Position numbers and translations under genes: made by a program. A stretch of DNA of 11,665 bases from Chthonomonadales bacterium (GTDB taxonomy: Bacteria > Armatimonadota > Chthonomonadetes > Chthonomonadales > Chthonomonadaceae): NCBI GenBank assembly GCA_038230115.1, contig JBBRNU010000070.1:1-11665 (forward strand), read 5' to 3'. Under the pieces are notes generated by a model. The model was not told where the DNA came from. It ran no database searches and was given only the letters and a program-made list of their open reading frames with translations. Position 1 is the first letter of the stretch, and each line of letters starts with the position of its first letter. Positions 1-5,866 of the stretch are shown here, in pieces.

Positions 1-43
1 AATATTACGCCGATCTCTCACGAGGACGCCGACTTGAGCAACC

Positions 44-492
44 ATGCCCTTCAGGAGGCGCGGGAGCGAAGCCTTGCCGACAATCTCCCTTCTTGACGGC
101 AATACCGTCACGGCTCTCGCCCAACGCAACCCGGTCACGCATCAGAAAATACGCGAACTCCAGCCGGGCGATGAAGTGATTACCTGTTTCGTCGTTGTCG
201 CCGAATGGGAGTACGGTATCCTCAATGCCGACGGGCGCAAGAAACAGCAGGCGATACGCGCGCAAGGCGAACTCGTTTTGAGTGAAATGTCACGGATAAT
301 CGAATCGTCGCTGGAAATCAACCTTGCTTACGGCGAGATTTCCGCAGAACTCCGTCGCGCAGGAACCATGATTCCACAGAATGATGTTTGGATTGCAGCC
401 GTTGCGCGGACGCTTGGCCGACGGTCGTTTCCAAAGACAAACATTTTCAGCGCGTCGCCAATCTTTTTGGAGACGATTGGACAATCCTTTGA
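44..492 (+). pseudogene. vapC: PIN-domain toxin of the VapC/FitB type, frameshifted. Frame 2 (44..418) encodes LLDGNTVTAL...NDVWIAAVARTLG. The conserved C-terminus TVVSKDKHFQRVANLFGDDWTIL* continues in frame 1 (421..492). The shift is consistent with a 1-nt deletion near 419-420. Start uncertain (ATG 44 or TTG 74).
   Basis: Layout resembles FitB/VapC: LLDxN N-terminal acidic motif, G(R/K)KK loop, NDxWIAA motif, and the final PIN acidic residue in SKDKHF, which is reachable only by switching frame. The track ORF 44..601 runs on out of frame into non-homologous sequence. Confidence 0.6.
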
Positions 493-513
493 CCTTCCCG
501 GCATAATTTATAC

Positions 514-561
514 GGCTGGACGCTTTCGGGCGATTGCTGGGACAAGCAGCCTGCCACCGCC
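514..561. repeat. Left copy of a 48-bp imperfect direct repeat (ggctggacgctttcgggcgattgctgg + 21 nt). The right copy is at 1536..1583.
   Basis: Direct comparison of the sequence. The 27-nt core is identical in both copies, 15 of 21 following bases match, and the orientation is the same. Confidence 0.75.
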
Positions 562-593
562 CATCGGCGAAGACATTTCCCAATTTTCTCCTA

Positions 594-602
594 TGGTATA
601 AT
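594..602 (+). promoter_or_regulatory. Extended -10 promoter element TGgTATAAT upstream of the DUF433 gene.
   Basis: Exact TGnTATAAT consensus about 65 nt upstream of ATG 668. The -35 is weak or absent, which is acceptable for extended -10 promoters. Confidence 0.5.
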
Positions 603-615
603 ACATCAACATCCT

Positions 616-634
616 GTCATTAGCCATCAATGAC
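616..634. promoter_or_regulatory. Inverted repeat gtcatt-N7-aatgac between the promoter and the RBS. Putative operator for TA autoregulation.
   Basis: Perfect 6-bp arms seen in sequence. The position between -10 and RBS is typical of antitoxin operators. Confidence 0.3.
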
Positions 635-667
635 TGTAGCAGTCCGTCTGCTCAGGAGAGGGAATCT

Positions 668-976
668 ATGAATACAAATTGGGTTGTCGAAATGGTCGGC
701 GGCGAACCGTATGCGTTCGAGCCATTAGGACAGTATATTGTTCGTGCTGTTGGAGTTTGCGGAGGACGCCCGACAGTCAAGTACACCCGTATCGAAATGT
801 CGCATCTGCTGGATCGGGTGGCGCATGGCGACAGCATGGAAGAGATTGTTGGGGATTATCGCGGGCGCGTTTCACGGGAGACAATTGCCGAAGCCATCGA
901 GATTACGAACCGCTTTTTTGCGGAATCCCTTTTGCCTCTTAAACCAGAAACCCTCGCTTTGGGAAATCCCTCGTGA
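668..976 (+). CDS. DUF433 domain protein (antitoxin-like partner of DUF5615).
   Basis: VCGGRPTVKYTRIEMSHLLDRVAHGDSMEEIVGDY matches the DUF433 core (ICGGKP..GTRI.V..IL.....G.S.EEI..DYP). RBS GGAGAGGGA is upstream. The TGA stop overlaps the GTG start of the next gene. Confidence 0.8.
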   Translation: MNTNWVVEMVGGEPYAFEPLGQYIVRAVGVCGGRPTVKYTRIEMSHLLDRVAHGDSMEEIVGDYRGRVSRETIAEAIEITNRFFAESLLPLKPETLALGNPS

Positions 977-1380
977 TTGTTTTGGACGAGCATTTGCAGA
1001 GCAAAGGCCTTGAAGAGGCAATACAACGATGGTACACGGGGACAGTGATCAATATACTGGATTTGCGTCCCGAGACGGTAATCAAAGACGAGGCCATTCC
1101 AGGCTTGCTCGCCCAACAGAATCAACCGACGTTTGTTACAATCAACGTAACCGATTTTTGGCAGCGTGTCCCCGCCTCCGAGCGCTTCTGCCTTGTCTGC
1201 TTTGCGCTGGCAAGTTCCGATATAGCCCAAATTTCTTCTCTGCTTCGACGGCTGCTCCGACACGCCGATTTCGATACCAAGGCGCAACGAACCGGGAAAG
1301 TCGTGCGAATTACGAGTCAAGGCAACGCGACTTTCTATAGTACGGAGAACAGGAATATTCACCCTCTCGACGCTTTCTGA
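973..1380 (+). CDS. DUF5615-family PIN-like protein (putative toxin partner of DUF433), 135 aa with a C-terminal extension.
   Basis: MIVLDEHL...TFVTINVTDFWQRV resembles the DUF5615 motifs (LLDENL...ILITKDKDF). GTG start with a 4-nt overlap (GTGA) on the DUF433 stop gives a canonical TA pair arrangement. Confidence 0.65.
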   Translation: MIVLDEHLQSKGLEEAIQRWYTGTVINILDLRPETVIKDEAIPGLLAQQNQPTFVTINVTDFWQRVPASERFCLVCFALASSDIAQISSLLRRLLRHADFDTKAQRTGKVVRITSQGNATFYSTENRNIHPLDAF

Positions 1381-1535
1381 AGATGCCGCGCCAAATTGCT
1401 CCGAACAAGCAACTTTCTCCCGCCTTTCGGTATGCTGAGTTACCCTTGTCCGAAAGGACTTCGCCTGTGCCGCGTCTTCACCGTCTCGCCCTCGTCTTTC
1501 GCGTCCTTTTCCTGTTCGACGGCGGCGTCTACGAT

Positions 1536-1583
1536 GGCTGGACGCTTTCGGGCGATTGCTGGAACAAGCGCCCTGTTGCCGCC
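1536..1583. repeat. Right copy of the 48-bp imperfect direct repeat (see 514..561).
   Basis: Direct comparison of the sequence. 42 of 48 bases are identical to the left copy, in the same orientation, 1022 bp downstream. Confidence 0.75.
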
Positions 1584-1642
1584 AAAATCTTTTGGGTCTG
1601 AAATACGACGCGGCGTTTTCAAGTCAACTCTTGAAAGGAGTA

Positions 1643-1870
1643 ATGGAAATAAAAGCGTCAAGCGTCTCCCAATTCATTCTGGAAGAAGGCCGAGAAGAAG
1701 GGCGTCTATAGGAAGCGCGCCGCATTGTCCTTCTGATGGGCGGCAAGCGCTTTGGCGAGGCGAAGGCGCAGACGCAGGCTGCGCTCGATGAAATTACCTC
1801 GCAGCAGCAACTGGAACAACTCGCCACTCGGCTGTTTGAGGTCGAGTCCTGGCAAGGCCTGCTGGATTGA
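1643..1870 (+). pseudogene. Short DUF4351-like ORF (C-terminal domain of Rpn/PD-(D/E)XK putative-transposase family) interrupted by an in-frame TAG at 1709-1711.
   Basis: MEIKASSVSQFILEEGREEGRL*EARRIVLLMGGKRFGEAKAQTQAALDEITSQQQLEQLATRLFEVESWQGLLD* reads continuously in one frame. ILEEGR(E/Q)EGR...RFGE...SW..LL is the DUF4351 signature. Strong RBS AAAGGAGTA is upstream of ATG 1643. Confidence 0.55.
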
Positions 1871-1966
1871 ACTCGGAGACGCAGACTGCGTTATCCGTGA
1901 AACCGGACGTTCCTCGGCCTCGTCAGGAAGCACGTGCACAGAGCATTACGAGGGAGGACGAACCCG

Positions 1967-3181
1967 GTGGCAGAAACGAATAGCCCGCGCGTTTCGCGGG
2001 CCTGGATTGTGGCGAAGAAAGAGTTTCGCGAGATTTTTCGCGACAAGCGTACGCGGGCGACCGTGATTTTCGGGCCGCTCATCGTGACGCCCGCGCTGTT
2101 CGCCATTATCGGCCTCGCGGTCAGCAAAAAGGTCGAGGCCGTGAAAGCGCAGACATTTCACGTGGGGATTGTCGGCGGGCAGGCCGCGCCCGAAATCCTG
2201 CAGGCGCTACGGACCGCGCCCGGCCTGCAGCTCGACGACGTGCCGGAAGCGGAAGCCGCCGCGCGCATCAACAAGCGCCAAGACGACGTGGTGGTGAGTC
2301 TGCCCGCGCAGACCGGCGCGCAAATTGCGGCCAACCGCACCGCCCCGCTGCAAATCCTGCTGGACGCGGGCAGCGAAACGTCGCAGTCCGCCGCCCAGCG
2401 CGTGAAGGGGGCGCTCGGCAAGTTGAGCGACCAACTGGTGGCGCAGCGCCTGCGCGAAAACCGCCTTTCGCCCGACCTCGCCGCGCCTTTTCAGATCACG
2501 GATCAGCCGATTGCCGAAGGCGGCAGTCCGGCGATGCTGATCCTTTCCCAACTACTGCCCTACATTCTCATTCTCTCCGCCTTTACGGGCGCGATTTACG
2601 CCGCCTTCGATCAGGTGGCGGGCGAGAAAGAGCGCGGCACGCTGGAAACTCTGCTGGTTTCGCCTGCCACGCGCCGCGACCTGGTTTTGGGCAAGTTCGC
2701 TGCGGTTGTCGGCGTGTGTCTTGTCAGCAGCGTGATGTCGGTCATCGGATTCATTTTTCCGTTCGTCAGCCACATCAAGGCGTTTGAGTTTCTGTCGCAG
2801 GGCGGCGTGAGTCTGAGCGCCACGACGATTGCCGTCACGCTCGCCGTATTGCTGCCGATCTCCGTGCTGTTCGCCGGGCTGCTGCTCGCGGTTTCCACTT
2901 TCGCGCGCAATCAGAAGGAGGCGCAGGCGTCGCTTGGCACGATCATGCCGGTCGTTCTCGTTCCCGCCGTCCTGTCAACGGTTGTCGGGGCGGACGCCAG
3001 CCGCCTGGTCGCGCTCATCCCGATTCTGAACGCCTCGATCATCATCAAACAGGCGATCAACGGGCATTACGACCTGGTTTTCATCGCGCTCGCGTTCGCC
3101 GCCTCGCTCGGTTACGCCGCGCTCGCGCTCGCCCTCGTCGCCTACCTGTTCCAGAAAGAAAGCGTCCTGGTGAAAGCGTAA
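1967..3181 (+). CDS. natB: ABC-2 family transporter permease, NatB-like. Alternative GTG start at 1934.
   Basis: N-terminus WIVAKKEFREIFRDKRT, the EKERGTLETLLVSPATRRDLVLGKF motif and 6 TM segments are typical of NatB/ABC-2 permeases. AGGGAGGA RBS lies 8 nt before GTG 1967. Confidence 0.85.
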   Translation: MAETNSPRVSRAWIVAKKEFREIFRDKRTRATVIFGPLIVTPALFAIIGLAVSKKVEAVKAQTFHVGIVGGQAAPEILQALRTAPGLQLDDVPEAEAAARINKRQDDVVVSLPAQTGAQIAANRTAPLQILLDAGSETSQSAAQRVKGALGKLSDQLVAQRLRENRLSPDLAAPFQITDQPIAEGGSPAMLILSQLLPYILILSAFTGAIYAAFDQVAGEKERGTLETLLVSPATRRDLVLGKFAAVVGVCLVSSVMSVIGFIFPFVSHIKAFEFLSQGGVSLSATTIAVTLAVLLPISVLFAGLLLAVSTFARNQKEAQASLGTIMPVVLVPAVLSTVVGADASRLVALIPILNASIIIKQAINGHYDLVFIALAFAASLGYAALALALVAYLFQKESVLVKA

Positions 3182-3266
3182 TTTTGATGTTGAATGTAGA
3201 AGGAAAAATATAGTCACATCCATGTCGTTACGTTAAATTTGTTTTCAAATTCAGACGGATGTCTGC

Positions 3267-3295
3267 TTGTTGAAATGTTTCGCTTGTGTTACAAT
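3267..3295 (+). promoter_or_regulatory. Putative sigma70-type promoter TTGTTG-N17-TGtTACAAT in an AT-rich island upstream of the DUF1573 gene.
   Basis: Extended -10 (TGnTACAAT) and a -35-like hexamer at 17-bp spacing. The flanking region is locally AT-rich, unlike its surroundings. Confidence 0.4.
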
Positions 3296-3349
3296 GCCAA
3301 AGTCGCCCTGAGAGGATTGCCTGTTTTCGCCCGCGTATGGGGTGTTGCA

Positions 3350-4342
3350 ATGCAAGCGTCTTATCGGAAACACTTTTTTGGCATTACGCTGACCGCTATG
3401 TGTCTGGCCGCTGGCGTGGTCGCTTCCCGTCTTGTCTTGGGCGGTTCCGCGCCCTCTCTGCTCATGACGCCGGATGACGTTGATTTTGGCGGCGTCGCGG
3501 AAGGCCGAGTTGTCAGCCGCGCCGTGACGCTGCGAAACACCGGACGGACGCCGGTCGCCATCGAACACGTCACGACCTCCTGCGGCTGCACCGCGGCGGA
3601 CGTGCCAAAAATGGTTGCGCCCAATTCTTCGGCGACAATGACCGTGCGCTTCAATACGCGCGATAAAAAGGGACTTGTTTAACAAAGCGTCCGGCTATTC
3701 CTCGCGGAACGTCCCGACCAGCCGCTCACTCTGCCGGTACACGCCACTGTCACCCGCATCGTTCAGGTAACGCCTTCCTCTCTCGACCTCGGCATTCTGC
3801 GTTCTCAGACGAGCAAAAGCGCCGCGGTCACCCTCACGCGATTGGACGGCAAGCCTTTGCAGATTCAGTCGCCGCTCCTCCCTCCCGCATTTCATGTAAT
3901 CACGCAGCGTCTTTCTCCCGCCTCTTATCGTGTGCGTGTTTCCTGCGTTGCGCCCTCGCTTCCGGGCCAGCGTCAGGAAACGCTTACGCTGCCGCTTAAC
4001 TGCCCCGAAATGCCGGAAGCAAGCCTTCCGGTGGATTACCGGGTAGTTGGCGAATACACGCTGAAGCCAGAACAACTCAACTACGGCATTGTCGCCGCCT
4101 CCTGCCATGTCATTTCCCATGTTCGCATTTCCGGGGCGGACGCCTCTCGACTGCGGGGCGTGTCCGTCCCGAATGGCGTTAAGGTCGTCCTGCATCCAGT
4201 TGGGTCGCGAGGCTGTGACCTGGAAGCCAATCTGACGCTGAAAGGAGAAAAACGCCGCTTGTTTCTCTCGCAAATCGTCCTGACGACGGGGAATCGCAAA
4301 CAGCCCCGCATCGTTATTCCTGTCTATGCGGCTGTCTCCTGA
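3350..4342 (+). pseudogene. Secreted or membrane-anchored protein with three DUF1573 (SCGCT-motif, Ig-like) repeats. The reading frame is interrupted by an in-frame TAA at 3680-3682.
   Basis: N-terminal TM/signal segment MQASYRKHFFGITLTAMCLAAGVVA. Repeat 1 DFGGVAEG...TLRNTGRTPVAIEHVTTSCGCT...RFNTRDKKGLV runs through TAA directly into QSVRLFLAERPDQPLTLPVHATV (the DUF1573 C-terminal F.K.I.V....P...L.V.G.V pattern) in the same frame. Repeats 2 and 3 then continue to 4342. Confidence 0.65.
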
Positions 4343-4405
4343 GACGGCCCAACGCGTTCTGTCCCCTGAAAAGGGACGTTCTCCGCGACAAAGGAAGGCC
4401 TCGAA

Positions 4406-4687
4406 ATGTCTCGCATTTTCGACAGCATGACCGCCACGCGCAAGCGGGCGCTCACCGCCGTATGCACCCTCTCGCTTACCTTAATGGCTCTTACCGCCGC
4501 TCTTGCCGTACCCGTCGATGGCAAGGGAGTCGCTGACGCTTGCATCAGCCAATATGGTTGCCGCGATGCCTTAGATATCGCCACATGCATTGGTAGAGGG
4601 TGCGAGCGGGCGCATCCTGGTGACCAGGCCGGATACGACGCGTGCGTGAATAACGCACGCAACGAAGAAGGTCGCATCTGCTTATAG
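4406..4687 (+). CDS. Small secreted cysteine-rich protein: signal peptide plus a mature domain of about 55 aa with 6 Cys.
   Basis: RBS AAGGAAGG. Signal peptide ...ALTAALA/VPVDG. Cys spacing is C-x5-C-x9-C-x4-C-x13-C-x12-C. No family recognised. Confidence 0.5.
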   Translation: MSRIFDSMTATRKRALTAVCTLSLTLMALTAALAVPVDGKGVADACISQYGCRDALDIATCIGRGCERAHPGDQAGYDACVNNARNEEGRICL

Positions 4688-4798
4688 ATCGTACTCAGGC
4701 TGTATAGTCTTCTTCGAAGCGACACAGCAATTTACCGGATCAAAAACCGATTTTTCTCTGACAAAAGCAGCCCTGTAGCACCAACACTTGACAATATA

Positions 4799-4835
4799 AC
4801 CGCAAACCGATGGTTGAATGCTATCGGTTTGCGGT
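4799..4835. other. Perfect 13-bp inverted repeat (accgcaaaccgat-N11-atcggtttgcggt) forming a stable hairpin.
   Basis: Seen directly. It is immediately preceded by TTGACA (4788-4793) and overlaps the upstream in-frame ATG (4810) of the next ORF. It is followed only by a weak T tract (gcatttgttg). Confidence 0.5.
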
Positions 4836-4860
4836 GCATTTGTTGAAAGGGAAAAGACTG

Positions 4861-5433
4861 GTGAAACCGCTAGTTCGCTGGCTGATCGCCATCAACGTTA
4901 TTGTCCTCGCGGCTCTTTTCGGACGATGGTTTTATCAGAAGCAGGCTTTACGCGCCGAAGAGCAGAAACGTAGCGAAGAGGCGAGAGCGGGCTTTGCTAG
5001 ACACGGCATAATGAGCAAGCCTGTTTCCGCTAATTTGTTCGCTATCGGAGATCGGATCAAGCAAAGCGATTCTATTTCGGACGAGGATTTAGACTGGATG
5101 GTTGCGGAGGTGAACAAAACTTGGCAAGAGGCCACTATGGCAAGCCTTAACAAACGTGGCATGATTACGATGTTCTGGAACGGTTGCGGCAAGTGGTCGC
5201 CATCACAAAAAGAGAAGATTTTCCAAGCGGCGCTGCCGATGCTGCGCGGCAAAACAAGTTCCGACAAGACGGCTGGCGCCGCAATCGCGACACATTTGCG
5301 GGACGCGCGGGGCGTTCCCTATCTCCTCGCCATGACAAATGATCCCGATAAGAACGTGCGGGAGTTCGCGCATCGAGCCTTGAAAAGGATGGGCTACGAA
5401 ACGGCGTCAAGGCAATCATCGGGGCAAAAGTGA
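4861..5433 (+). CDS. Membrane-anchored HEAT-repeat (PBS-lyase-like) protein. An in-frame alternative ATG lies at 4810.
   Basis: N-terminal TM LVRWLIAINVIVLAALFGRWF. The C-terminus PYLLAMTNDPDKNVREFAHRALKRMG fits the HEAT/PBS-lyase repeat consensus. RBS AAGGGA is 8 nt before GTG 4861. Confidence 0.55.
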   Translation: MKPLVRWLIAINVIVLAALFGRWFYQKQALRAEEQKRSEEARAGFARHGIMSKPVSANLFAIGDRIKQSDSISDEDLDWMVAEVNKTWQEATMASLNKRGMITMFWNGCGKWSPSQKEKIFQAALPMLRGKTSSDKTAGAAIATHLRDARGVPYLLAMTNDPDKNVREFAHRALKRMGYETASRQSSGQK

Positions 5434-5440
5434 GGTTTCT

Positions 5441-5866
5441 ATGGCAACCCGCGCGCGAACGCTGCAGGGGCTGTGCGCTGCTCTGCTATTGGGCGGCTCA
5501 GGCGGGCTATGGCTGCATGGACGGAAGGCCGGAGCAACTGTCGAAATTGCGGGCGGCACAACGTTTCGCTTCGGCAGCGTTGCCAGAGGCGCGCGTTTGG
5601 AACATACGTTTCGGCTGTATAACCCTCATTCCTACGCCGTGCGTCTGACTATTCCCAAGCAGGACTGCGGCTGCTCTCTGGTTGCGCTGACGGCCACGCC
5701 CGACGCGCCCGCCATTCCGCCGCGCGGCGCTGTCGGGGTCAAGGTTGTCGGAGTTGCGGGAGGCAATGGAGACCGCGCGGAAAGCATAAAGGTGGTGACC
5801 GGCGATGCAAAACAGAATGCAGCTATCTGGCTTTTCCTGGAATACCGAACGCTTGGCGCGCATTGA
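5441..5866 (+). CDS. DUF1573 domain protein with an N-terminal signal peptide.
   Basis: FRFGSVARGARLEHTFRLYNPHSYAVRLTIPKQDCGCSLV...IPPRGAVGVKV...IKVVTGDAKQN matches the DUF1573 pattern. RBS GTGAGG. The start is 8 nt after the stop of the preceding gene. Confidence 0.8.
   Translation: MATRARTLQGLCAALLLGGSGGLWLHGRKAGATVEIAGGTTFRFGSVARGARLEHTFRLYNPHSYAVRLTIPKQDCGCSLVALTATPDAPAIPPRGAVGVKVVGVAGGNGDRAESIKVVTGDAKQNAAIWLFLEYRTLGAH

Noticed and set aside
1423-1457. 8-bp inverted repeat cctttcgg-N19-ccgaaagg downstream of the TA cassette, considered as its terminator
   Set aside because: A stem is present but no U-tract follows and the loop is long. It cannot be called an intrinsic terminator from sequence alone. 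It may simply be part of the inter-repeat spacer.
2207-2551. Minus-strand ORFs antisense to natB (2158..2421, 2207..2551, 2552..2773, 2611..2910)
   Set aside because: They lie entirely inside a well-supported plus-strand permease gene. They have Arg/Ala/Gly-rich composition typical of spurious antisense ORFs in high-GC DNA, with no recognisable motifs.
4718-4765. Possible weak terminator (cgg-atcaaaaa-ccg plus TTTTT) after the Cys-rich gene
   Set aside because: The stem is only 3 bp, too weak to call.
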